From the IMG/VR virus record IMGVR_UViG_3300049794_000047: a stretch of 64,000 bases of DNA. One strand, 5' to 3'. Below, one piece after another: positions 40,276-49,994 of this stretch (position 1 is its first letter; every line of letters begins with the position of its first letter). Below the pieces are notes generated by a model. The model was not told the DNA's origin. It saw nothing but the letters and a program-made list of their open reading frames with translations, and searched no databases. Both the position numbers and the translations under genes were made by a program. The DNA is from a virus. Taxonomy: Duplodnaviria > Caudoviricetes.

Positions 40276-40993
40276 ATGAACATTATTTTCCTGGACATCG
40301 ACGGCGTGCTCAACCACCCCGGCACGTATTGCGAGGCTGCCCCGTGGCGGCGTGAAGCTGGCGAGATCTTGCGCGTACCCGTCGCCTCGGAATGCATGGC
40401 CCGCCTCAACCGACTGGTCGACGAGACTGGGGCTCGAATCGTCATCAGTTCGTCTTGGCGGCTGTTCGCGCATTGGCAGGATCTCGGCCCCGCTCTCAAG
40501 CGCTACGGTCTAACTGGCGAAGTGATCGGCGAGACCCCGGATCTCATCAACGACGCGATCTGGCTCGAGGCCTGGCGCATGCGCGAGGGGGCCCTTCACG
40601 TATGAACGCCTGGAGCGCGGCTGGCAAATCGCTGAATGGCTACGCGCCCATCCTGACGTGACATCGTTCGTGATCCTCGACGACGGTTCGGACATGGCTG
40701 ACCTTCGCCATCGCCTGGTCCTCGTGGATCCAACGATCAGTCTAGATGACCCTGACGTTGAGCGGGCGAAGTGGCTCCTCGAGCGTCCCAACGCGAAACC
40801 TGGCGCGACCCCAGGCGCAATCCCGGACGCGACTCCGGATACAACCTCCGACGCGACCTCCGACGCGACCTCCGACGCGACCCCGGCCGCCCCCCGCAAC
40901 ACGACTCCGGACGCGACTCCGGACGCGACCCTGGACACAGCCCTGGGCACCTCCCTGGAGGCAACCCGGGACGCGACCCCCGACGCAACATGA
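40276..40993 (+). CDS. HAD-family phosphatase (RNA-repair type), split by a 1-nt frameshift near 40590
   Basis: FLDIDGVLN and IVISSSWR, then in the next frame RGWQI..WL..HP...FVILDD; DAT(P/S) 12-bp repeat tail. Confidence 0.8.
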
Positions 40994-41514
40994 AAAATCC
41001 TACGTGTGAGATCTGCGGACTTGAAGAGCCCGCGACGGGCACTCCTCTGTGCCTCGACTGCGAGGCGATCCGCCACCACAAGCTCACGGATCGCACCGTC
41101 TTCGTGGTCGACGGTTCATGGAGCCCGGATCACCCAATGATCGGCGGCGCTGGTATCGTATTGGTGGACGGCGGACCCTCGGGCGAGGTCGTAGGGCAGC
41201 GCTACTGTGGCTTCCGGTGTCACGGCTCGCAGGACGCTGAGTACGAGGCGATCCTGAGGGCGCATCGCTGGGCATCGGAGGCGTTGATCTACAGTGACGC
41301 GCAGTTTGTGGTCCGTCGTCTCCAGGGCTATCGGCGAACACAGTCCACGCTTGGCCGGCAAGTCAGGTTCCTGCGCCGAACCCCTCACCTCCGGGGGGAG
41401 GCCTACCAGCAGGCGCACCGCTTATCCGTGCAGGGCCGGCGGACCCTCGTAAATCGGGAAGTGTCGAAAACGGCAGCCCACGAAGACGACGCCAACGCGT
41501 TCAAGGCGTGCTGA
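40990..41514 (+). CDS. RNase H-like protein with N-terminal CxxC-CxxC
   Basis: VDGS, GAGIV, AEYEA, IYSDAQFVV, AH.LS. Confidence 0.75.
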   Translation: MKNPTCEICGLEEPATGTPLCLDCEAIRHHKLTDRTVFVVDGSWSPDHPMIGGAGIVLVDGGPSGEVVGQRYCGFRCHGSQDAEYEAILRAHRWASEALIYSDAQFVVRRLQGYRRTQSTLGRQVRFLRRTPHLRGEAYQQAHRLSVQGRRTLVNREVSKTAAHEDDANAFKAC

Positions 41515-41639
41515 CCCCCGCGTTTGCCCGCACTGCGGCCACCCACCAGACGACTTCGCGAACGAATGGCCACTCGTCGAGGGCGGGGGAACGCGAGGAC
41601 TCGCTAGAAGCGCGCACGACAGATCAGAGAAAACGACCC

Positions 41640-42320
41640 GTGACGACACAAAGGAAAAAGCACGTGATCCCAAATGAAAAAGAATCCACGATCGCCGCCG
41701 TCTCACGTGTCCTCTCACGCGAAACCGGCTTCGTGCCGAGCAACGTACTCGCGATGATGTTGATCGAGGCCGTACGCGAAACAACCCCGCCCCCTCGTGA
41801 GGTCACACTTGGCATGTTGTCCAAGATCCTCCGATCGCTAGAGCCGACGCAGGCTCTTGACGCTTGGGCGTCGCGGGCATCCCGCGAAATCGTCAAGATC
41901 TTGTCGGGACGACCCGAGATCCAGCGCTTCGCCGCGCGTGACGAGGACGAGCATCTCTGGTGCACCCTAGAGGGCGTGATCGCCGGCCTCCTGATTCGTG
42001 TCTGTTGCGGGCAAGATCTCGATAAGCGCTGGTACGCAGAGCTAGGGGCCCGGGGGCCCGCCGAGCGAGGGATCCGTACCGACGATGCCGTAACCTCAAT
42101 CGGCGGAGCGCCGATCGCCGTTCGCGCCTGGCCCGGCGAGTACGTGATCGGACTGGCCGAACACGACGCTGCGTCCGGCGCCACGATCAAGTTTCGCGGG
42201 ACGACGTTCCGGGTCGGTGACCGGCCGCGCACCCCGCCGGCGAACTGGTGCCACCCGCCCGGGATGTGCCACGACCAATGCCCGTCGCAGCCTACGTTGG
42301 AAAAGAAGAACGAATCGTGA
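41640..42320 (+). CDS. Hypothetical protein
   Basis: ORF track; start uncertain. Confidence 0.45.
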   Translation: MTTQRKKHVIPNEKESTIAAVSRVLSRETGFVPSNVLAMMLIEAVRETTPPPREVTLGMLSKILRSLEPTQALDAWASRASREIVKILSGRPEIQRFAARDEDEHLWCTLEGVIAGLLIRVCCGQDLDKRWYAELGARGPAERGIRTDDAVTSIGGAPIAVRAWPGEYVIGLAEHDAASGATIKFRGTTFRVGDRPRTPPANWCHPPGMCHDQCPSQPTLEKKNES

Positions 42321-42405
42321 AGCCTGGTCGACGGGCGGCTCCTCCGGGAGCGCGACGTGGCTAACCGTGCGACCGCGCCGCGGGCACCAGGCGAGTCCAT
42401 TCTAA

Positions 42406-42516
42406 GGGCCCGCGTATAAATAAGTCGATCGATTTGGATGGGCTGTCACTTTAATTTCCGTCGAGAAAATGTGCCTGGTGTCACGTCAATCAACTGAGTT
42501 ATTTATACGGGTGGCC
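42406..42516. mobile_element. 111-bp MITE family B
   Basis: Ends GGGCCCGCGTATAAATAAGTC and GAGTTATTTATACGGGTGGCC; TAA duplicated; AT-rich. Confidence 0.8.
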
Positions 42517-43480
42517 TAAGGCACCAGGCGAGCCCATTCTAAGGCAATGCTACTTGAAGGACTCCGATGTCAGTGCTCCAAGATCCCAGTCCTGACCATC
42601 GGGCCCGAGGTAACCTACACAGCCATTCAGAACCAGGTTGGTGATCTCTGGGCCTCCACGCCCAGCGGCAAGTTCACGCTTGAGTTTGGCAGCCTTGCGC
42701 TTGCTCAAGAGGTGTGTCGCACCGCTTGCGTGTCGAAGAAACAAGACGGTTTCCATACGAAATAGGTTAAGACACAACACGCTTTCGAGCAAGGGGCGCG
42801 GGTCGGCCCTGCTGTGGCCCAAGCACGCGACAGAGGTCGGCCCACGGACCATCGAGGCTGCGAGGTGTGAACACCACCTCAGAATTCTAGGACGCGGCCG
42901 TACCGCGTACAACAAGCCACGGTCTGCGTCCTGCGGATTCAACTGTGATGCGCCGTCTACGGTCTGGCCACCATCCGAACAATCAGGCAAAGTGTCACAA
43001 TGACGAGAACGCCTGATGACCCGCATGACCGAGCAAGCGACGTCGAGGGGGGTCCGCGCGAGCATGCTGGTAGCGATCGACACTGCCAACGCCAGGCACG
43101 GCGCCGAAAACGAGATGCCAGGGCTCCGCGCCGCGATCATGACATGGCCGGACCGGCGTCTCGCCGCGCGACTGCCTGCCGAGGCGAGAGCCTTCCTGGA
43201 AAAGGAGTTCGAAGGTGAGTAACAGCCCGACGACCCGTGTCCCGTTGCGATATCAACGCTGTAGGTCAACCGATGAAGAAAAGCAAGCCATCCCCGGATC
43301 AGGAGCACCACATGGTGATGCGCGAGCAAGTCGAAGCCCTTGCACGAGGTCTCAGCGACCATCCGACCGGGAGGGCTTTTCGTGAAATGTTGACGGCCTC
43401 GGATCAGCAAGTGTTCGAGATCTGGCTGCCAAAAGGGTACTGTAATGACTGTGCTCTCTGTAAACCTCGAAGTTGAGTCG

Positions 43481-43573
43481 TCCCCCGTGTCTGTCCCGTG
43501 CTTGTCCCCGTCCCCCGTGTCTGTCCCGTGCTTGTCCCCGTGTCCCCGTTCCCCGTGTCTGTCCCCGTGTCCC
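43481..43573. repeat. Pyrimidine-rich 30-bp tandem repeat
   Basis: TCCCCCGTGTCTGTCCCGTGCTTGTCCCCG twice, plus partial copies. Confidence 0.85.
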
Positions 43574-43576
43574 AGT

Positions 43577-43644
43577 GGGTACTCAAATACCCCGTATCCA
43601 GGACACTTCAATGTGAAGACCTGAATACGGGTGAAACAGTACCC
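43577..43644. repeat. Paired GGGT-N8-ACCC hairpin site (copy 9)
   Basis: Exact boxes at 43577 and 43629; inner stem CGTATCCAGG/CCTGAATACG. Confidence 0.85.
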
Positions 43645-43713
43645 AGGGGACTACAGAATTCAGTAGTTAGCCCCGCCACGAAGTTGGCCCTCATCAAGCA
43701 AAGCCCTAGTTCC

Positions 43714-44115
43714 ATGTTGAGCAACGTCCTCTTCATCCTCCTCGGCGCTGGACTCGTCTCCGTCGGCTTCCTCGCCGCGGCGCTCGCGGAGCACATCCGC
43801 GGCCACGTCCCGCGCGAGACGGAACCCCGTGCACAGCTGAACCGCGTGCAGAAGGCGACCCTCATCTCCCTCGACGAGGGTGCCGCGTTGATTCGTCCGA
43901 CGCCCACCGCGAAGACCCCGCGCGTCTCCCGCACCGAGGCAAAGGTCGTTACCAGCACGGGCGGGGACGAAGTGATCGCCGCACTCGTGGCCGCGGGCTA
44001 CAAGAAGCCCATCGCGACCGAGGCGACGTGGGCCTGCGGCGTCGCTGAGCGCGCGACGATCGAGGGCTGGGCAGCGTCGGCGCTGCGCCGTTGCGGGCGG
44101 GGAGGGGCGTCGTGA
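43714..44115 (+). CDS. Membrane-anchored protein with RuvA C-terminal (domain III)-like module
   Basis: N-terminal hydrophobic helix VLFILLGAGLVSVGFLAAAL; C-terminal DEVIAALVAAGYKKPIATEA...ALRR. Confidence 0.7.
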   Translation: MLSNVLFILLGAGLVSVGFLAAALAEHIRGHVPRETEPRAQLNRVQKATLISLDEGAALIRPTPTAKTPRVSRTEAKVVTSTGGDEVIAALVAAGYKKPIATEATWACGVAERATIEGWAASALRRCGRGGAS

Positions 44116-45264
44116 AGCCGGTTCCCTGGGACCCGGGGGACGACGCGCTCCGCGCACTCCTAGGAGCCTCTCACGACGACCTCGACGCGAAGAGCCTCGC
44201 CGCACTGGTCAATGCCTGCGTCGAGGCGCTCCGCGCCCACGACGAGGAGGTCCGCGCAGACGCGTGTGCCCGGATCCACCTCTTCCTCTGTCGAAGCGGC
44301 GCTGCGATCCCGCCCAGTGTCCCGCGTGAGACCCCAAGACCCCAAAACGTCCAGAAGAAAGCCCCCGCACTGCCCCTCCTCTTCATCGTCCTTCACCTGG
44401 CGTGGGGGCTCGTCTCCGACAGCGTCGACACCCTTCTGGTCTGGATGCGCCTCAAGCACTGGCCGGCGACCGGCCGCGCCCAGTGGAACCGGCGTCGTCG
44501 CCCTGACCCACGTGCCCAAGCCTGGCAACGCCTGATCAAACCTGCGCCTCGAGACCCCCGCCCCGCCATACCCTGCCCCCACCAGGACACCTTCGGCAGA
44601 ACCTGGGTCGTGTCGTCCCGCGCGGAGTACCGCGGGCATCCTGGTCCTGCGCGTGTATGCGTGCAGTGTGGGGCCAACGTCTCTGACAAACCCAGGAATC
44701 CGCCCCAGTGAGTGACCTGACGAACAAGGAATTGCGCCGCCGCCCCAATACACCACTGAACCCTCCCCCGTGCCGTTGGCCAGAATGTTTAAAGTTGTCT
44801 GACTTCTTCGCTCTAGACAACCGTGCAAAGTTCGGTTACCTGTGCACGACGCATTGGTATGGATTCATCAACCTCAACGAACAGGCGTTTTACGAAGGCG
44901 CTCCTCAGGGAGCCTTTGGAAAGAAAAACAATGAATGACCCGTTCGACATGGACCTCAAGTACCTGATCAAACACGCCACTGATCAGCACGGCGCCTTGA
45001 ACCCCGTCCTGGCACTCCTCATCAAGGAGGTCATGGGCCACCGCACGGCCCAGGCCACCAGTGCGGAACGCGTGCGACAGGTGGTACTGCAGACCTTCGC
45101 TCAACTCTCTGAAGGAATCGGCGTCGTGGTCATCAGTCACAACCCCGTGCACCTCCAGACACGGGTGTCCAACTACTCATGCTCAGAGGTCAAGCAGTTA
45201 GCCCTCAAGATGACCCGGTACACGGCTCAAGAGGGCTGGCACACGGATCGCAATACCTCTCCAC

Positions 45265-46314
45265 ATGCCCACGCACCTCCACCTCGTCCACGATGACGGC
45301 TCCCGCCCGACGACTTCCCGCTCCGCGGCGGAAGATCCAGCCTTGCGGCCGACGTCCTTCGACGACTATATCGGCCAAACCGAGGTGATCGCGAATCTGC
45401 GCAGTGCCGTCCGTGCCGCCAAGCGCGGCGGCTGGCAACTCGATCACCAACTCTTCGCCGGCGGTCCAGGGCTCGGCAAAACGTCACTTGCCGCCGTCAT
45501 CGCCGCCGAGTTGGGAGGCAAACTCCGAGCGACCGCGGCCCCCGCGATCGAGCACAAAGGCGCACTGGCGACCCTGCTCACCACGCTGGAGGATGGCGAC
45601 GTCCTGTTCATCGATGAGCTCCACGCGCTCGACCAAGCCACCGCAGAGTGTCTATACTCAGCCATGGAGGACGGCATGATCGACCTGCCGGCTGGCAAGC
45701 ACGTCATCCGTGTACCGTTGCCGAAGTTCACGCTGCTCGGGGCAACGACCCACGCAGGCAAGCTCTCCAAGCCCCTGCGCGATCGCTTTGGCTTCATCTG
45801 GCAGCTCCGGCCCTACACGCTGCCCGAGATGACGACGATCGTCGCCCGGTCCGCACGGAAGCTCGGCGTCGCGACCGACGAGGACGGTGCCGCCACGATC
45901 GCACAGGCGTCGCGCGGTACCCCGCGCATCGCCAACCGCCTCCTACGTCGCGTGCGCGATACCGCGGCCAACACGGCGGCCGACGGTGCCCTCGTCCTGA
46001 GCGGTCTCCTGACAGGCGTCAACGGCACCATCAACGGACCGCTCGCGAGCACCGCGCTCGCGCAGCTCGGCATCGACCACCTGGGTCTCGACGCGCTCGA
46101 CCGCCGCTACCTCGCGATCGTCGCCGAACGCCCGGTCGGTATCGACGCGATCTGCGCCGAGCTCGCCGAAGATCGCAGCACGATCGAAGACACGATCGAG
46201 CCCTGGCTGATGCAGGCAGGTTTGATCAAGCGCGGCAGCAAGGGCCGCCTCGCGACCGAAGCGGGGCTGCAGCACATCGCGGAGATGGCATCGTGTGCGG
46301 AGACGGAGTCATGA
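45265..46314 (+). CDS. ruvB: Holliday junction branch migration ATPase RuvB
   Basis: LRP.SF.DYIGQ, GGPGLGKT, LFIDELH, AMED, GATT, PLRDRFG, SRGTPRIANRLLRRVRD, IEP.L.Q.G. Confidence 0.95.
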   Translation: MPTHLHLVHDDGSRPTTSRSAAEDPALRPTSFDDYIGQTEVIANLRSAVRAAKRGGWQLDHQLFAGGPGLGKTSLAAVIAAELGGKLRATAAPAIEHKGALATLLTTLEDGDVLFIDELHALDQATAECLYSAMEDGMIDLPAGKHVIRVPLPKFTLLGATTHAGKLSKPLRDRFGFIWQLRPYTLPEMTTIVARSARKLGVATDEDGAATIAQASRGTPRIANRLLRRVRDTAANTAADGALVLSGLLTGVNGTINGPLASTALAQLGIDHLGLDALDRRYLAIVAERPVGIDAICAELAEDRSTIEDTIEPWLMQAGLIKRGSKGRLATEAGLQHIAEMASCAETES

Positions 46315-46660
46315 ACGCACCTCGCGGTGATAGCATCGTGCGCGGAGACGTCGTCGTGACGGCGCCTCGCGGCGCGGGAGACGTACATGCCGATATCGTC
46401 GTGAGCGCACCGCGCGGCGCGGGAGACGTACATGCCGATATCGTCGTGAGCGCACCGCGCGGCGCGGGAGACGTACATGCCGATATCGTCGTGAGCGCAG
46501 CGCGCGGCGCTGGAGACGTACGCGGAGACGTCGTTGTGAGTGCACCTCGCGGAGATGGCATCGGGCGCGGAGACGGCCTCATGAGCGCGCCGCGCGGCGA
46601 TGGCGTCGCACGCGAGGATGGAAACGGGCGCGACCCCCGGGGGGCTGGCAACGTGCACAC
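46280..46660 (+). repeat. 45-bp tandem repeat (about 8 copies) spanning the ruvB stop and next start
   Basis: VVSAPRGAGDVHADI units. Confidence 0.9.
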
Positions 46661-47072
46661 GGACGCCCTCGACAAGACTTCCGATCTCCACATGCCCGAG
46701 GGCCTCAACATCGCCGGCCAGCGCGCATACGCGATCATTGTCGCGTACCTCAAGCAGCACAACCGGACCAACACCGGCGGCTGCCGGGCGTTCTACGCAC
46801 CGATCGAGTGGAAGGCCCGCGGGGAGATATATGGCACCGCGTCACACCTGGTCGTCGTGTACGACGGCGGCGACATGCGTCCGGTGTTCTCGATGGACGC
46901 CGCATACGGCCTTGACTGCGAGCTCTTCCAAAAAACGAGGGTGCGCCGCGAGCCGTACGCCCTCTACGAGGGCATGCAAAAGAAGCTCTGCGCGGCAGGC
47001 TTGTACTTCGAGGAATGCACCCGTTGGTGTTCAGCGGTGTACAGCATCCACCAGGAAGGTCATCCGTCATGA
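46311..47072 (+). CDS. Hypothetical protein with repeat N-terminus
   Basis: ATGA overlap with ruvB; TGGCRAFY.P.EW..RGE.YG core. Confidence 0.65.
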   Translation: MNAPRGDSIVRGDVVVTAPRGAGDVHADIVVSAPRGAGDVHADIVVSAPRGAGDVHADIVVSAARGAGDVRGDVVVSAPRGDGIGRGDGLMSAPRGDGVAREDGNGRDPRGAGNVHTDALDKTSDLHMPEGLNIAGQRAYAIIVAYLKQHNRTNTGGCRAFYAPIEWKARGEIYGTASHLVVVYDGGDMRPVFSMDAAYGLDCELFQKTRVRREPYALYEGMQKKLCAAGLYFEECTRWCSAVYSIHQEGHPS

Positions 47073-47479
47073 ACGAGAGCACTGTCCAGGAGTCCACTTG
47101 CAACCCGCCCATCAAGGCAGGTGACCTGTTGTACGCCGTAGGCCCAGATTCCTGTACGCCGCTCGGCACGACGTCCCTGAAAGTCTACAGCACCATCGTG
47201 ACGGGCGTCTCCAAAAACGCGAGTGAAGTGCTCATGATCGCACTGGACCCCGACCCCCCGACCCTCGGCTTCCCGAAATGGACCTGCCATGACTACGACA
47301 TCGGGATCCACGTTCATCGCTCTAGGATCGATGCCGTGCGCGCGTTCTACAAGCAGGCCCATCACCGTCTCCATGCTGCCGCGCGTGCGCTTGAACAGGC
47401 CAACGAAGAGATCCAGTGGGCCCTTGATGAAGAGGGATCCATCAAAGCGGCAGCCGAGTGCGGGGAGCGCTCTCCATGA
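47069..47479 (+). CDS. Hypothetical protein, probable paralog of 5698-6126
   Basis: ATGA overlaps on both sides. Confidence 0.55.
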   Translation: MNESTVQESTCNPPIKAGDLLYAVGPDSCTPLGTTSLKVYSTIVTGVSKNASEVLMIALDPDPPTLGFPKWTCHDYDIGIHVHRSRIDAVRAFYKQAHHRLHAAARALEQANEEIQWALDEEGSIKAAAECGERSP

Positions 47480-48060
47480 GCGGCTGGAATCGCCTGACGA
47501 ACGGGCTCCGCAGTGAGCTGATCAAGCTCCCGGTGTGGACCACTGAGGAAGATCGTCGACGCGCACTGTCGTACGCGGACCGCCACGTCGCAGAGGCCCG
47601 GGAAGCGATCGCGGCCGTTCATGCGGGACGAAAAGCCCCGCCCAACCTCGGCGAGATCATCGCGGTCGCGTTCTACGAGAACGCGGGCTGGATGCCCGAT
47701 GGAGGCTTCATCCGCTGCCGCCGGCAGGTGGCGCCGGGGACGAGCAGCTGGACAGTTGAGGCGCTAGTCCAGTGGCTGGGCTGCCTCGAAAGCGATCTGC
47801 AGCGCCAACTGAGCGATCTCGAGAGCAGGCTGAAGATCCAGTGCCAAGAGCAGGACGAGCGCGTCGCGGTGGCGCAGGACATCGCACATCGAGTCCACCA
47901 GCAATTGCAGGCACACCACCAGCAACGGATCCTGGCGTGTCTAGCCGTCGAAGACATCGACGGGGCACGCGAGATTGCTCGCCGCCTGCCCGCTGGTACC
48001 GTGCGGGGCGAGATCGACTCCATCATCACTCACGAAGGGAACAGCAAGAAGGTCACCTGA
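47476..48060 (+). CDS. Hypothetical protein
   Basis: ATGA overlap; coiled-coil C-terminus. Confidence 0.55.
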   Translation: MSGWNRLTNGLRSELIKLPVWTTEEDRRRALSYADRHVAEAREAIAAVHAGRKAPPNLGEIIAVAFYENAGWMPDGGFIRCRRQVAPGTSSWTVEALVQWLGCLESDLQRQLSDLESRLKIQCQEQDERVAVAQDIAHRVHQQLQAHHQQRILACLAVEDIDGAREIARRLPAGTVRGEIDSIITHEGNSKKVT

Positions 48061-48542
48061 TGCCCAAGAAGACCATGGTGAAGCGCTTCGCCGTATTCTC
48101 TGGTGACCTATTCTACCCGAATGGCGGCTGGAAAGACTTTCAGTCGAGTCACGCCACGCTCACAGAAGCGAAAAAAGCATTGGCGCCCGGCGATTGGTTG
48201 CAGATCGTCGATCTGTCGACCGGGCGAATCGTCGCACCGGGGAAATAGCAGCTATGCCGAAGAAGCACAAGACCGCTAAACATCACCCCCCGCAAGGCTC
48301 GTCGCAGAAACGTGCGACGACCTCATCGATAACGCGGACGCGCGCGCCTACGCTGCCGCCATGGACCCCACCATGGACCTGCTCGATATGGATGTACGAC
48401 AAGATCCGCCGACATCGTGTCATAATCGCGCGGCTCGAGGTGCTGGTAGAACAACTCGAGTCACGGCCGCATGACTGGCCTGCGATCCAGCCGGCGGCTG
48501 TCGCCGCCGAACTCCGCAGTCGCATGAGGACGCTGTGACGCT

Positions 48543-49346
48543 GTGAGTGACTTGAGCAACGAGAAGCTGGCAGCCCTACTATCCGAACCCAAGGGAGCTG
48601 GGATCGCCGATACGCATCGCATGGTGGTCGAGATTGTCAGTCACCGCACTGTCCGTGCCGCCAGCGCCGTGCAGATACGGACAGTGGTGCGCGCAGCGTT
48701 CGCCACTGTGTTAGAACTGAGCGGCGAACACTTCGCCCAGCGCCACATCGAGGACATCGCCACCCGAGCCGCGAAGCAGTTGACCGCGGCGAAAACGACC
48801 ACGGTCCCTGGAGAACTGGCCGAGCACGACCGCCGTACCCTCACTCTTGGACGCGACTGGGCTCGCCAGGAGGCTTGCTCCGCCAAGGAAAACTGTGATG
48901 ACAGCGACGTCGCCATGTTGACTGCTATTGCCGATCTCCTTGACCGACTGCTCACCTCGTCGCTCGACCTCCGAACTCCACAATTGCCTGAAAACACGGT
49001 GCGTGACTTGACTGCCGTCACGCGACGACTCTACGAAACCAGTGAGCGTGCACCAGACGTGTGCCATGTACCGATGCGACTCGTACGGCAGGATCGCTTC
49101 GACGATCTGCTTGTCGCCCTCGAGTCCGCCAGTGCCGCCAGTGCCCATTTCGTCGTTGCCCTGCTCGACGCGGCCCTCCCACCGCCCCCGGTTGAAGTCC
49201 AGTTGGTGACGCGCGGCGACGGCCGTGTCGACTCAGTGTGGTCGACCCGCGATGATGCCGACGCGCGACTCTCGGATCTCTTGAAGATCGACCCGCACAG
49301 CGCCCGCGACGTCCGCCCCGTTGGCGGAAAAGTCGGACGCAGATAG
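48543..49346 (+). CDS. Hypothetical protein with HRTAQ-like module
   Basis: EIVSHRTVRAASAVQIRTVVRAAF...LLDRLL. Confidence 0.6.
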   Translation: MSDLSNEKLAALLSEPKGAGIADTHRMVVEIVSHRTVRAASAVQIRTVVRAAFATVLELSGEHFAQRHIEDIATRAAKQLTAAKTTTVPGELAEHDRRTLTLGRDWARQEACSAKENCDDSDVAMLTAIADLLDRLLTSSLDLRTPQLPENTVRDLTAVTRRLYETSERAPDVCHVPMRLVRQDRFDDLLVALESASAASAHFVVALLDAALPPPPVEVQLVTRGDGRVDSVWSTRDDADARLSDLLKIDPHSARDVRPVGGKVGRR

Positions 49347-49994
49347 GCGCCGGTGCAATGAGCGCCGATCAGATCTGGATCCTCGAGAAGCATCAGGACC
49401 TGCGGGCCGTCATCAAGATCTCAGCCGGCAACGTCATGATCGCGGAGCAGCGTCGCGATAACGCACGCGGTGAGTGGTTGCAGGTCTACGACGGCCCGGC
49501 GGCGATCCCCCTGTCGATCGCCGCCCTGAACAAGCTCGTGAGCGTCCTCCCCGAGGTCCTCGACGCGATCGATCCGCCGGCCGAGCCGCCCTGCGCTTCA
49601 GCCGCCCCCCCGAAAAAGATCAAGAGCGCTCGCAAGGGAGCCCGCCAATGACGGGCCTGATGCAGGAAATGCTGCGCTGCCTCGACGCTCAGCTGGAGGT
49701 GCGCACGTTCGGAAAGACACACCGCCCCGAGGAGATCGCCAAGCTCAATGCCGCCAAGGCACGGCTACGCGATCTGCAGACTACCTACCCGGCGTCGTGG
49801 CCGATGCTCAAACGACGCCTGGGACAGTGTCAAGTACGCTCCATCATAGAGGAATCGTCTCGTCCGCATGAAAAGAATCTCCTCTCGCACGAGAAGCTTG
49901 CACACATCCAGCCGTTCGTGAGCTCCTCGGCGATTGAGAACAACGCCGCCATGCAGGACCGCGCATTTCCAAATCTTCCCCAGAGACGGCCGTA

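Noticed and set aside
40585-40605. Programmed frameshift in the HAD gene
   Set aside because: One extra G in a G5 run explains it, and similar +1 slips occur near 51835 and 59690. Sequencing error or simple mutation is more likely; reads are needed.
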